Assembly (NCBI GenBank): GCA_015680685.1
Contig: MNCI01000673.1
Span: 496,253-560,252 of the forward strand
Reading direction: 5' to 3'
From: Gnetum montanum
Taxonomy: Eukaryota > Plantae > Gnetophyta
Length of the DNA stretch: 64,000 nucleotides
Shown here one piece after another: positions 37,430 through 51,500 of this stretch (the first letter of the stretch is position 1; every line of letters begins with the position of its first letter). Under the pieces are notes generated by a model. It worked only from the letters and a program-made list of their open reading frames with translations. It made no database searches and was not told the origin of the DNA. A program made the translations under genes and the position numbers.

Positions 37430-37734
37430 CTAGTGACCCCTAGACCCTACTTGAACCCTCTAAAGCTTCCAAAAGTTACAAAATGGGTTAAACATGGTAC
37501 AAATTTGTCATTTCCCTCTCATCTGCTCTAAGTCCATCATTTCTAGCATGTAAAAATGTTGGGAGATTGCATGAGGCACATAGAAGCCTCTAAATTATAA
37601 AATGTTAACACCCAACATTGACAGTTGACATCAACAACCTTAGAGGTTGACATGCATGGTCAATCAACTATTGATTTATCTTGGATATACCTTTCTTAAT
37701 TGGGGGAGATCTCTTCCATGTTGAACCTTCCACC

Positions 37735-38760
37735 CTTAGCATGGAAAAAAGGAGGGAAGCTCAAAAACCCCCTCATAACCTTTAAAACAATTAGATCTTG
37801 ATCTTATGCACTGATGGTCAACACTAACAACCCTGTGACAACTCATGCATAGCTAGATCAATAAAAAATGATCAAAAAAGATTTTTCTCCAATTTTCCAT
37901 GCTGAGAATGGAAGACCCAATATGGAAAAAGAGGGAAATTCCTAAAATGTATCTTATGATCATTGAAATAGTTAAATTTCAATGTTATACAGTATTTGTC
38001 AATACTAGCAACCTTAGGACCTTGGATGCATCTTTGAAAATAATAAAAATTGATAAAAAATATTTTCCCCCAATTTTCCACATTGAGCATGGAAGCACCA
38101 ACATGAAAGAAGGAGGGAAGCTCAAAAATTACCTAGTGACCCTTGAAACAACAAACTTTTGGCATCAGATGCTAGGCATTTACACCAACAACCTTTTGAA
38201 CATGCATGCATGACTGAAAGTGATCATAAAGTACCAAAAGAATTTTCCCAAAATTTTTCATGCTAAGCCTAGAATCACCACAATTGAAAAAGAGGTAAAG
38301 TCCAAAAACCATTCATCAACCCTCTAGACAGCCAAATTTTGACACCAAGCATTAACCATTATTGCTAGAAACCTTAGAATATTACATGCATGTTCAAAAG
38401 TAATTTAAAATGACTAAAAATATTTTCTCCAAATTTTCCACACTAAGCATGGAAAACCTAATGTGGAAAAGTGGGGAAAGTTTAAAAACCACTAATCAAC
38501 CTTCAAGATAGCCAAAGTTTGACACTATTCATTGACCATTATCACTAGTAATCTTAGGGAATTACATGCATGATTGAAAACATTGCAAAAACATGAAAAC
38601 CTATTTTTTCCATTTTTCCATCCTAAGCATACTCTTTCTAATGTGGAAAGAAATGGGAAATTTCAAAAAACACTTAGAAATAATCAAAATTACCAAAACT
38701 TGACACTAAACCCTAATCCTTGACCCTGGTATCCCGAGAACCTAACATCCACAATTGATT
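37735..38760. repeat. Degenerate ~181-bp tandem array (5-6 units)
   Basis: AGCATGGAA..CAAYRTGGAAAA..GGGAAAG..AAAAA recurs at ~37738, 37905, 38086, 38266, 38446 and 38626; related sequence at 34700-35420 and 1-172. Confidence 0.7.
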
Positions 38761-39094
38761 GAGGTTAAAATTAGCTTAGATATAACTTGCATGGTTATTT
38801 CACACTAAGGATCACTTTTTCCACACTAAGGGTGGTATCGTGAGCATTGAAACTCAATGGATGACTTGTTTGAGGCTTCTAAAGAGCTCAAAATAGCATC
38901 AAATGACCTTTGATGCACTCTAGAACCTTGGCAATAGCTATTGGAGCCCTTAAACTTCACAAAACTATTCCTAGATGGAAAAAAATCCATTTCCCCTTAT
39001 TTTCCATGTTGAGCTCTTTATACCCATCATGGGAGAAAGGGGGAAAGTAAAAAAATCTCTTAAGGATGTCCAAAACTACTAAATTTTGTTATAG

Positions 39095-42000
39095 ATCGAT
39101 AACCCTTCACGATGGGCAAGAGGATTTTGAATCCTATTCTAAAGATGGTGGCCCACTCTATCCTACAGTCTCACAATCCACCTCTGTATTTCTTTCACAC
39201 CAGTCACAATCCTCTACCTCTTTTGCCATGGCTACAACACCTCCATAGCTCAAACCTTCCTTGGTGATAGGAAGCCATCAAATGTTATCAATACAATAGC
39301 ATGTAGGGCCTTTAGCCTCCTTTCCCTTTAGTATTCTTTCATAGTCCATCTAGGTTTTGTAACCAATATCTATGATGCCTACATTACCATATGTGCATAC
39401 TATGTCTACATCACAATCACAAATGGGCCCTATTTCCATTACCTCCTCTACACCAATTCCACCACTAGTAGTAGCTCCAACCTCAACTACATGGTGGGCA
39501 GTGACATCCTTTTCTACTACCCAGTCATCTCAAATGCCATAGTATATACATCCCCAAACATATTAAGCTTCACATATGGTGCAACCAACTACGGGGTTGT
39601 GGGCTACTCCAACAATGGGTAGGTAACCATTCCCACTATACCACCAATGGTAGTTGCTCCAGTGGCACCACGCATAGGGTTGTGGACTGCTTAGATGGTG
39701 CCACCAATGGGAGCTTCTTCAGTAACATCCACAATGGGAATGGCGACTGCACCAATAGCACCACCAATGATGGTTTCTTTGATAGTACCATTGGCAATCC
39801 AACTCATGTAACCTTCCATAACACCCTTGAGTTTGAACCAAGCCTTTCATCTTATTCAGACCTTTACTAACAAAGTCAAGCAGCTTAAAGCTACTGGTTC
39901 TAAAATAGTCCAAGTAATGGACTTTTGCCATGAGGATCCTATTAGTCTTGTTGTCCCTTCACTTACATACCTCTTGGGGTATAACTTCCCTAGTTCACAA
40001 AATATAATGGAGAGGGTGATCCAAATGCCCATCTAGTTACCTTTCAATCTAAGTCCCTATTACTACAGCCATGGTTGCATGTCATCATTCATGTTTATAC
40101 CATGTCCTTGATTGGTAAAGCTTTGGACTGGTATCATGCACTTCCTCGTGCATTTGTTTCAACACTAGAAGAATTGCTAAGTCAATTTGTCACTTGCTTC
40201 AAGTATAACTTGAAGCTAGAAGTCACCCTAGACCAACTCATGAATGTCAAAAAAGAACCATTAGAACCCATCTAGAAATTTATACAATGTTGGAGTGCTA
40301 CCTTAAATGAAATTCATGAGCCAATTACTAAAGCCCATCTACTAGCCATTTTCAAGGGTGTTGTGAATGATTTTATCAAATCTAAGCTATAATATTTAGC
40401 ACCATGCACCCTTAACTAGGCTTTTGCATAGACAAAGAGTATACAAGATGTAGCAAAGGATTCTAGAGACTTAGCTTATATAGCTTACAAAAATGCACAT
40501 GCAAAGAAAGAGAAGGAAAAGGGAAAGGCTACAACAACCACTATGGCTATTGTAGCTAATGAAACCAAGTCCAATAATAATAAGCATGCTACCAAAATGC
40601 CTAAGGCCATCACCACTACTGCTAAAATGTCAAGCTCTAACAACACAGGAGCTAGCCAACCTCTAATGTCAATGACCATGGAACAAACTTTGTCAAGGCC
40701 AACTGTTGAGCGTAAGGATCATTCGAAATACACCCCATTGCTAATTAAGCCATCAAAGCTATTAGATCAACTATTGAGTGCTAGGCACATTTAATATAAA
40801 AAAATGTTAGAGGAGGCCTAAAAATGGCATGAGAGGTATTGTGAGATCCTTTGAGACCCCTCTATAGCAATGCATAATGAGCCTCCAGTGCCTAGAAATT
40901 TTAGGCTAGAACACTTTTGCAATTATCACCAATTGTGTGGCCATGACACAAACTATTGCTTGGCATTGAAAGATGAAATTTGACATATGATTGATTAGGG
41001 TAAGTTGATCCTTGATGAAAATAGTTTAGTCCAACTAGAAAACCAATCTATGAATGTCTATAAGGACCCATTGAACACTAACAGTGTAGGCTATATCATT
41101 AACGCTATTAGGGTTGATGACAATGTAGAAGCAACACATAACCCATTTGTGATCCATGCACCTTCTTATGATGTTGAAGCTTTAATGTTACCTAGGTCAC
41201 AACCCCCCTAGGGGCCTATCACACCTTTTGTAGTTAAGGCCCCTCAATGCACTATTGCAACAACTCGGGCATCTTTTGTTTTAAGAGTGTCAAGGCATAC
41301 AAGCTCACTACCTACCTAGAGTCCAATGGTCAGAACTACATCACAACCTTCTCACTTAAGGAAACATGACCAGCATCTAGTTGACAAAATTACTAGGGGA
41401 TGCATTACACTAGGCCCCCCTAAGCCAACCCCATTATTAGTACTTCCCATGATTGCACCACCTAAAGATAAGATGGAAATGCATTCATGACAAGCAAATA
41501 CCAACACCTGGAATCCAAACACCCAAAAAAAAGCCAAGTGTTCTCATTCTTAGGAAATTTGTCTTTTAGGATGTATAGAGGAAACAAAAACCACCAAAAA
41601 ATTGGATGGTGGACAAGATTTCTTAGATACACTAAAACAAGTTAGATAAGCTTTAAAGTAAAAAAATACAACTTTAAGCTTGTACGATCTAATAATAACT
41701 TTTTCTACACACCATGAGGCTTTGATCCATATGATGGTATCTATTCCTATTAAGGAAGCTATTCCACTAGACGAAAAAGCCATTCATGCTATTATGCTTC
41801 CATTTATGGTTGAAGAATCATAGGCAACTTACTTGACTTTTCATGATGAAGCCATTAAAGCTAATTTTGAAAGGAAATAAGTAACCACTAATCCTATGTT
41901 TATAATAATTTGTGTGGGCCAATATAGGATTCCTAGGGTGCATGTTGATGATGGGGCAGAAACCAATGTAATTCCATTCTCTGTTGTTGACAAGTTGTGC

Positions 42001-42534
42001 CTGGTGGATGAAATCAAGTCCATGGAACCTTCTTATTTGAAGTCATTCAATGGGGCATGCATTGTGGTCAAGGGGACCATCACTATTAACTTTGTAGTAG
42101 GGGATCAATTCCCCACTAGTGTATAATTCATCATGGTAGAAGAAATGCCTAGGTTCAATTTGATTTTGGGAAGATCTTGGTTACCCCAACTAAGGGCTAT
42201 CTCTTCACCGATACACCAATAGATCCACCTAGCCTATGCGGGTGGAGAGGTGGTGATCTTTGGTGATGAGGTAGCCCCTTGGGCTATCAACAATATAAAC
42301 AAAGAGCAAGGGTTGAAAATAGAAGTCTCCAAATATGTGTCACCTGTCCATGTTGAAACCCAATGTTGTTCCACCAATATGTCAGACAAAACTAATGACC
42401 TGCACGAAGAAACTATATGGGAAAAGTTGCCTTTTTCAACAGTAGATGATAACTTAGAGGAGTATCACCTTAAATCCTCTATGCCATATGACCCTCCTAA
42501 CCCACATCAATTTAGGAAACAACTACGTGATTAG
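39095..42534 (+). pseudogene. gag: gag-protease remnant of element E
   Basis: SLIGKALDWYHAL, CNYHQLCGHDTNYC, RVHVDDGAETNVIP; stop at 42532-42534. Confidence 0.9.
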
Positions 42535-42639
42535 GGCATCACCCTACTTTACTTCTCTGATTCTTTTGTCTTTAACATTTTTGTTTTTATAGTTTTGATT
42601 TTGTATTATATTTACCTTTTGCATTAGTTATATCAAACA

Positions 42640-42718
42640 ACCTGAAATGACCTTAAACTATCACATGGCCCGAAATGGCCTTAAACTAGCTATGGCTTGA
42701 AATGGCCTTAAACTATAG
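42640..42718 (+). repeat. GAAATGRCCTTAAACTA x3 (~27-bp period) after gag of E
   Basis: Three clear copies at 42644, 42672 and 42699. Confidence 0.85.
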
Positions 42719-42904
42719 TATGGGACCCACAAGGGGCCTAACTACATCTATAAGAATGCTAAGCAAAAGATATAAAATAAACTTCTTACTTTTCATTAAA
42801 TTGCAAATGAAATATAGAGTCTAAAATTATGTTTACCCTCAAACTTGCAACATTGCCCTACAATGGGGGTTACATTTCAAAATTTCAAAATATCAATGAG
42901 TAGG

Positions 42905-45900
42905 CTATGGGTTATCCATTTCCTTGTTAGGTCCTACATCCTCATTTGGATCCTATATAAATCAAACATAAAATAATAAACTAATGGATGAGGAAGGTAA
43001 TGCATAAGGTTATCATGAAATAAATTGCAATAAAATAGACTTGGCTAACCTAAGATGGGCCTACATCCATGTTTGGTGGTATTTTTTCAAGGCCAAACAC
43101 CAAGAACCAGAGGATTTCCTCCTTAGACAAATTTTCCTAGTCTTCCTCCCCTAAATGGACCCCTACTAATATTTTTTCTTTCTCCATGGTCATCCATTAG
43201 AGTGGCCCTAGAGAAAATGTAGCAGATGTGGCCTCTTCAGAAGGCATGGTAATTTCCATTTTGGGAGATTCATTGACTAGTAAGTGTTTTGCAAATTTAT
43301 CATAGGCCTAGGTAGCACCAATCACATCAAGGAATAACTCACAACCTTGCCATTCTATAGATGCATCTCTATACTTTTGGTAGTAAGCAGCACATTCCAT
43401 TTTATACATATGTTTATGATTCTTTTGTGCTTACCCCCATTCATATACCTTGGCACTATAATCTTTTCAATCCTGATTCTTCTGGGCCAAGAGATCCATT
43501 TGTAGACATTATTCAATTACTTCATGTGTGGTCTTATTTTTGCCCCTTATGGTCAACCAATATCTAGTGTAATCAATTATGACCATACACCAACTACCAT
43601 CTAAATTTTCATGGACCATTAGGAATTCATTCCATGACCATAGGTCTTGTAGGTCAGCTGCCTGACTTACCTTTTCTTTTTTGAGTTTCTAAACTCATTT
43701 CCAAAGATCTTCATTGACGGTCCTACACTCGCATAGTGATTGTGCTGAGTGTAGCACACATTTTCTTATCTCATCATATACATGATGAGGCACCTCTGCT
43801 ACCTCTAGAGAGAGTTCAGGCATGGCTTCCACTTCAACTAGCTATTTATGGTCCCATTTAAGTCATGAAGCTATTATACCAAAAATAAGGAAATGTTGGT
43901 CATAAGATAGTAGAAAAAGAAAATGCATTAGCCTAGATGCACCAATATTAGGATCGATTTGCTTTAAGAAATCAATCATATCATCCACTACATCTTTCAT
44001 AAAAGAAAATTTATCTAGGGTTTACACCCATGGCCATAGGTAGAAAGTGGATGAAGAATCAGGGCCCTTAGCAAAAGTAGTACCCACTATGTGATAAAGC
44101 ATGTTAGCATTATCAAGAAAAAATGAAAAAGCAAAAGAAAACAAAAAAAACAAAAAAATAGAAGAGGAAGAGAGAAAAGAGGGAAAGTGATAATATAAAT
44201 TACAATGCAAAGCTCTTACCCAACAAACCCTCAAGGGTGAGAGTAGAGGGATCACCCATCTACACACTATCAAATAAACCAACAAAATCACCATCCTTGA
44301 AATGTAGCCCTTATTCCTCAAGATGACTTAAGAGTGTGGTGGCATCCTCAACTATCATATGTCCCTCAGGCTATGGGACACTATTTGCAAAAGGCTCCTC
44401 TATGGTAGGGGCCTCCTCTTCTGTAGCAAGGGCCTCCTCTTCTATGGCAGGTGCCTTCTCTTCTATAGCAGGGGCCTTTTCTCTAGCAATAGAGATATCT
44501 TCCTTGTCTACCATGCAAAAGCTAAGGTTAGGATGCCAATCCAACATATATGCATGAAAAATAAATAAATAAAAAGTAATAAATAAGCTAGCTAAAGCAT
44601 ACTCACCAACAAGCTTAGACCACACATAGTGGGCTTTGATGCATAGACTTTTGCCTCTTCCTTTGATCACATGTGAGGTTTCCTATACATGACAAGGATT
44701 TTTAATCTATAAATTTGATTTTACTATCTCCATAATGCAATGTGATCCCCTCACCACATTACCCATGTTGGTGAGGGGAGCCTCTCCAAGGTTTTCATGC
44801 TCATGGAAGGACAATCCTACCAGATCATTGGTGGTCATGGAAAAAGACTTCCCAATAGCCTCTGGAGGGTCTTGAGACCGGGTGGTGTGGAATATGTGGT
44901 GGATCCATGGTTTGGATACTTGGATATGGTCTTGCATCACCCAAATACTTGGAAAATCATGAGCTTAGAAGATGGGATAAATATGTTGGACTACCTCCAA
45001 TTTGACCTTTTTCATATAAATTCCCTTATGATCCTTGTTAGTGCCTAGCCATTCCTTGATGTTTTCTTGATGGTTCAGATCCTTGCTAGTATTTTCACCC
45101 ATGGGTAAAACATTAGAGGGGACACCAAAGAGATCTAAAAAAAGATCATCAGTGATCTCAAAGACCACTTGCACGTTGTGAACTTGTGTGCGAAAGTGGT
45201 CAACACTTTTTGTGAAGGAATCAACAATGGTAATCATTTCCATTACTGGCATACTTAGGTTCATAGCCAAAAGGAGATCCATAAGCCCAACCTCTTGAAC
45301 ATTTTGGACAATTGTTACAAGGGCCCCATTGTATAACCAACGTTGTGACTCATTGACCTTAGCATATTTAAAGAGAAGGTTAGCCTCATTATGCCCTAAG
45401 ATAATTACTGTAACCTCCTTGGATTTGGTTACTACTATAGTAACAAAAAAGAGAAATAATATAGAATTAGCCATGTAAAAAGAAAAAAACATCAAATCAA
45501 GAATGCATGAAAATGAACACATAATATAACTTGCCTAATACAAATGGCATAGGGAATGATGGTACTTGTAGTAGTACTTCTTCTATAGTGAGTATCCGAT
45601 GGATGTCCATTCATCATCTAACCATCCAAGCTCTTCACACTTCACATAGAATTTAGAGTACTTGGTCAGATAAGTTCTAAAATCTATTGCAAGTTTCTCT
45701 ATAACACCAACATGCATGTTCTCAATGGAGAATAACTCTTGTAGGGCCATTTGAGCTAGGGCTAATGCCCCCTCTCTATCATGAATATTGTCTTTATCAA
45801 TCAAAAATTGGACAACCGATAAAACATAATAAATACTTCAAACCATACAAGATGAACAAAAAAAATGTCTAATCATCTTAATAGAACTCGCCTGCCAACA

Positions 45901-46342
45901 TAGTAGATGGTTCTAGGTGGGTTTTGGAAGATTGTTCCCATATGATGAGCAACAAACAAGGTATTATATTTGTGATAGCATTTGAACTTTGGCATTGCCA
46001 AAATCCAAGACAAGAGTCTTAAGCCTTTTAGTCATTGACTTGAGCCCCCTACCCCTTCCACCTTAGTAGATATATTTATCATGAATTTTAGGATGCCTCG
46101 GTTCACTCCAGGAACTAATGTTTTAATTAGGGTGCCTACTATTTTAGTAGATAAATGTGACCATATCATTATGCTAAAGTGACGAAGTAGGAATTCTAAG
46201 AATTCCTAGGCATCCTTCCAGAACCAAATTTTTTAAATTTCCCACTCGAGCATGGGGTGTAGGGACATTGGGCACAAGGGCCCTTATATAGCACAAAATC
46301 CCTACTAGCTCAACTACGATCAGGATTGGCTTCAACATAACC
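42905..46342 (-). pseudogene. Antisense multi-exon accessory gene of E (exon 1 displaced beyond F)
   Basis: NIF-like exon 46342-45892 (ILIVVELVGIL...FLEFLLRHFSIMIWSH...YNTLFVAHH..IFQNPPRT); ORFs 45583-45804 (LGWLDDEW), 44965-45522 (GLMDLLLA...FLDLFGVPS), 44707-44940 (SKPWI..QDPPE); EEKAPAI repeats. Confidence 0.85.
44390..44495. repeat. 21-bp coding tandem repeat (about 5 copies) encoding EEEAPTI/EEKAPAI on the minus strand
   Basis: GGCCTCCTCTTCTRTRGCARG repeated; ORF 44371-44670. Confidence 0.8.
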
Positions 46343-46660
46343 CTGTATTTCATAATGAAAATGTTAGTGCATAGTAAGGTAACATTTTTTTTAAAAAATA
46401 TGTTTGAAAATGTTTTTCTAGGTGTTGGTTACGCTCTTATAGAACGTAACAATTTCCTATGTAAAATTACTCTAAGTGTCAGCTACACTTTTGTAAAGTG
46501 TAGCAATCTTCTATGAAACTTTTTTCTTGAATATAGAGCATGAAAACCATATGACAAGTAATTAAACCAAAATTCTTTCTAAGTGTTCATCTTGCCCCTA
46601 TGATGTCCTGCATAGTGTAGCAACTATAGCATCCCGCGTAGCATAGCAATTAAACCTGTG

Positions 46661-48091
46661 TGAAACACCACTAATTTTGGACCAGCACTTTTAAATGAAA
46701 ATGACTCAAGCCCTTTCGAAGTTCCAGGAGGAAAAAATTTGACTAAGGTAGTTTGCTCACCCTTAGCATGAGCAACTCCTAACAATGTCAAAATCAGGTC
46801 AATAGTCCAACATCAAAATTCTAGCATCAGCGTCAAAAATTGCAAGTTTTTTAGGTCACATTGCAGGTCATGCTGTAGCATGACCACAACGTGACCTACC
46901 CAAAATAGCATCAAATTAGACACATTCAAGCTCAAATTTCTAGATCCATATCACACATAGGTAGGTAGTAGTTGTACTTAGAAATAGGCTTCAAAAATTC
47001 AAATTTTGGTGTCAAAATTGCATTTTACCTGACTCATGCTCAAGTCACGCTGAGGTCACGCCTAGCGTGACTACCCAACATGACTGTAGCATGAATACTG
47101 GTCACGCTTACATAAAAACACTTCAAACACATGCTGAAGAAACACTAAAGCCTAGAAAACTCATGCTGCGAGCCTTGGCAGAGATGCCTCAAACAGTCTC
47201 AAATTGACATCTTGACATCCTAAAGCAATTGATCCATGGTCAAGCAAGCCGGGGTTAAATTTCTCTTATTTTTCATTTCATTGTAACTCTTCATTTATGG
47301 GCTTGTCAGGCCCTTATGGTCTAAATTGTATGTAATCCCATGGGCTTGAGTAACCAACGATTTGTAAAATGCAATGTACCTAGTCAAGAACGTGACTTGC
47401 CGACACACATCCAAGTCATGCACAACTATCCACCAGACACATGTCACTTGATCCATTTTTCTCTCATCCCTTAGCCATCGATTAGACTCTTGGATTCCAA
47501 ACCCAAGTCCGGACTAGCCCTATAAATACCCTATAAATTCACATAAACCAGGGTTTGTAATTAGAGACACTTGTAATTCGAACAACATACAGCAAAACTA
47601 GAAAATCCTTAGACACTCAGCACACTTGACTCTTGGTGTCAAAGAACTTCTCACATACATCATCACATCATCACATCACCACATCACATCACCTCGAGGC
47701 TAGGAATTTGACTTGTCATCCACACATGTGCAACTACACTTTGACTGGTGCACATCTTTTCTAAGCAATATAATACAGTTTGTTTTGCCAACCATTGTTT
47801 CTGTTTACTTTGTTTTATGTTTAGTTTATCTTTTGTTTACGTTCTACTTACATTCTTCTTATGTTCCTATTTACATTTTGTTTGCAATACACTGCATATA
47901 TTTATGTTTACATTTTATGCACACTATTCAAGTTTTAAGACATCAATTATGATAACCCCAATGCAATGTACTCTACCTTTGTTACCTTTTCCAGCTTGCC
48001 CTCAAGCGAAGGCAGGGTCAGCTATGCCTGCCCGATGATCTTTCAGTGTTTGTTTCCTTCTAGCCTTACACCGATGATTTAGGTTAGAATA
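46661..48091 (+). repeat. 5' LTR of element F
   Basis: Colinear with 63183-64000; TATAAATA at 47521; (CATCA)n at ~47658-47692; ends AGAATA before the PBS. Confidence 0.9.
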
Positions 48092-48097
48092 GTAAAT

Positions 48098-48114
48098 TGG
48101 TGCTAGAAGAAGGG
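48098..48114 (+). promoter_or_regulatory. Primer binding site, tRNA-Asn(GUU)
   Basis: TGGTGCTAGAAGAAGGG, 15/17 match to consensus. Confidence 0.85.
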
Positions 48115-48199
48115 CCAACTTGCTTGTTATCTATTAAAATTTTGATCACGCAACCTGTCAAAACTTATTCATCTTGTCCTTGTGAGTCTCCTGTCGTAG

Positions 48200-48480
48200 T
48201 TTCTCACACTATAGCTTGCTTCCTGTTGGTCACTCTATGGTTTTTTCACATTACAGCTTGCTCCTTATTGGTCAGATTGTGGTTTGGTTATGTTGTAGCT
48301 TGCTCCCTATTGGTCACACTGTAGTTTGGTCACATTGGTCACGTTGTGGTTTGGTCACGCTGCAGCTTGCTCCCTATTGTTGGTCACACTGTAGTTTGGT
48401 CATGTTGTGGTTTGGTCACATTGGGCAGACTGTGGTTTGGTCACGTTGTAGTTGTGTCACTTTGGTCATACTGTAGTTGT
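48200..48480. repeat. GGTCACRYTGTRGTTT tandem repeats in the 5'UTR of F
   Basis: More than 12 GGTCAC-core units. Confidence 0.85.
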
Positions 48481-48521
48481 TTGCAATTCAACTCATCTAG
48501 CCTAGTCTGTTCACGTTCATC

Positions 48522-51500
48522 ATGCAATCCTCCCAAATTAACCTAGTAACACTGCCAATCTCTGACTTTGGGGCTGAAACTTCAAACCCTGTGACTGCTC
48601 CAAAATCCATAACCATCATTGAATAGATAAATCCCCAAGGTCCTACACACTAGTCACTAAGGCTACAGGGCAAAGGCCCTACTTGTGTGACTCTTACAGC
48701 CCAACAATAAAATTTCATCTATGTCAAGATCCAAGCCAACCTACCTATCAACCATATAGAGAGGGAAGTCAAGCGAGAATATGAATTTATCCACAATGGA
48801 GGACATGAGTTCATCCCTTCAGCATTTGACATAATCTAATTATCTAAAAACCATCATAAACTCATATCCTAGCTTCTTATGGCAAGAAGTCAAGCCTTAC
48901 ATCTACCGCCAATAGAGCCTCAAGATGAGGAAGATGACTTTGCAGCCCAATCTGAACATGGAGATTCCTACCATACTATCATTCCCCATGCCTATACAAA
49001 TCCATTATTCCACCCTTTTTTAGAAAAAACTATGCTTCCCCCTTCATCTACAAACACTCGAGCACCAGTTTCATGACAAGAGGTACCTGCTTCCATTGCT
49101 ATCTTCTCTGTGCTTAATAATGTTCACTCTGATGCATCTACTTCCATTGTAGCCCCACAAGTACAATCCCAACAACTCCCTCACCAAACTAACATAGGGT
49201 CAATCTTTCGACCTCAAGTAATTGGGATGCCATTAGTCATACCAGCTTCCACATCCATCCATTACATACCTCAGGTGCAGATCCATGAAGCACCATTGAT
49301 TACTCCAACCCAACACATTCAGGGTGTTACTCCACAACCTATGGTTGGGCAGTGGGTTCCACTGGCTGTAGTCGTAGTCCTAAATACCATCCCACCACAA
49401 AAAATGTTAGCCCAACAACCTATATTTCCAAATAATGCAACAATTGAACCATTATCATCCACAATCTGCTTAATTCACTAGTTTTCCTACCGCCCAAGAA
49501 TGGGCAGACACATAAAGAATGATGCACTTGTTGGTAGAAGAATTAAAACTCCTTAAAAGTATGAACACTGAGGAAGTGAAGATACTAGATTTCTATCAAG
49601 ATTATCCAATTGACCCCTCAATTCCACCCTTAACCTTGCCAAATGGAGTCTCATTACCCCAGTTGACCAAGTACAATGGAGAGGAAGACCCAAATGCCCA
49701 CCTAGTCATATTTCGATCCAAAATTCTTTTACTTCAGGCATGGCCCCATGGAATTTTGTGTGTGTTTTCTATGTCCTTAACTAGAAAAGCCTTAGAATGG
49801 TATGAAGCTTTACCTTGTAGCTCAATATCTTCCCTAGAGGATTTGTTGCACTAGTTTTTCACCTGTTTCAAGTACAATTTGAAACCTAAAGCCACGTTAG
49901 ATAGCTTGATTCAAATTAAACAAGTGCCATTAGAGCTAGCACAGAAATTTATCCAAATGTGGAGTATAGCCTTGAATGAACTTCACGAACCCATCCCTGA
50001 AACATGTCTACTTACCATCCTTAAGGCGGCTATGAATGACTTTATTAAGTCAAAACTTTACTAGCTGAAAGCCTGCACATTGAGCCAGGAATTCCTGCAA
50101 ATCAAAGACATAGAAGAGGTGGCACAAATAAGTAATGACCCAGCCTACTCAACCTTTCAGAGCTAAGATACAAGGAAAGATAAATCCAAAACAATGGTAG
50201 CAGTAGTGGCTGAAATAGCTCGACTTAGTCATCCAGGACAAAAAGGAAAACAACTTGTTGTCCCAAACAGCTATGAAAGAACCACACCCACTCCTACATC
50301 CAAACATTATTCAAATAGAAATAACAACATAGGTCATGCTCGTACATTCAAAAGAAAAGACCCCACTCAATACACATCATTTCCCATGAATCCTTCACAA
50401 TTTCTTAATCAACTTCTAAAGGCTGGGCTAATTCAACACAAACAAATGTCTCCTACGGCCTCCCAAAGACATGATCGATTTTGTGAGTTGGCCAAAAATC
50501 CAACTCTAGAAATGGCCAATGAGCCACCCATTCTAAAGGGTTTTAGGTTCGATAGTTTTTGTGAATATCACCAATGGTGTGGTCATGGAACTGATTACTA
50601 CTTTACATTGAAATAGGATATACAATGCATGATTGATAGGGGTGAAGTAGTATTCGATGAGGCAAATCCAGTAAGACACGAAAATCAACCCATGGGGGTC
50701 TATAAGAATCCTTTCAATACCAATGATGCATCATACATGATTAGTACTATCCATGTGAAAGATAGATAAGACATTCCATAAAAACCTTTTGTGATTTACA
50801 AGCCTTCAAAAAACACACCTACCCAAGCACATCCTCAAAGCCCTTTCATCATGTGCACATCCCCCGCACAACCAAAACCATTTGTCATCCATGTACCTCC
50901 TTCTATTGCAGCTACAACCACACCATCTGAAAACCAACCCATTCCCTTTGTGATCTGGGTGCCAAAACACCCTGATACACAACCCACCTCCATTTCCCCA
51001 TGACCTATGCAAGAACGTCTTGCCGATAAACTAACAAGAGAATGCTTGGAAAAAGTAAACCATCAATACAAATTAGGACCACCAAAGCCAACACCACTAA
51101 ATGTTGTTCCCATGGGTTCACCCATTAATGAGCCTAGTACAAGTCATCAAAATAAGGATAATGTCACAAGTCATCAAAACAAGGATAATGTCACAAGTCA
51201 TGTCCCAAACTCAGCATCTTTAGTAAAATCCCCTCCACAGGAAATACGAATGCTAGGTCAAATGGACCAAATCTCTAATGACAAGGGTGTCCCAAATGGT
51301 AAAGACCTAGCAAATGCATTTACCTAGGTCACACAAGCTTTGAAACAAAAGAATACTTCTTTAAGCTTGTATGATCTAGTAATGAATTCACCAGTACATC
51401 GAGAAGCTCTCGTGAATATGATAACTTAGGTCCCTATTAGTGAGGACCTTCCCGCAGATGAACCATCCATTCATGCAGTATTGTCCACACAATCTCAGGA

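Larger units (their letters stand above)
39095..46660 (+). mobile_element. Element E fragment: 5'-truncated gag-PR plus antisense gene, interrupted by F
   Basis: Abrupt start at LHDGQEDFES (homologous to B 8223); no LTR or PBS upstream; ends at F's LTR inside intron 1 of the antisense gene. Confidence 0.85.

Noticed and set aside
47713-48546. Hydrophobic or Cys-rich ORFs in F's LTR and 5'UTR (and similar ORFs at 1371-1678)
   Set aside because: They arise from T-rich U5 sequence and GGTCAC tandem repeats and are not conserved between families.
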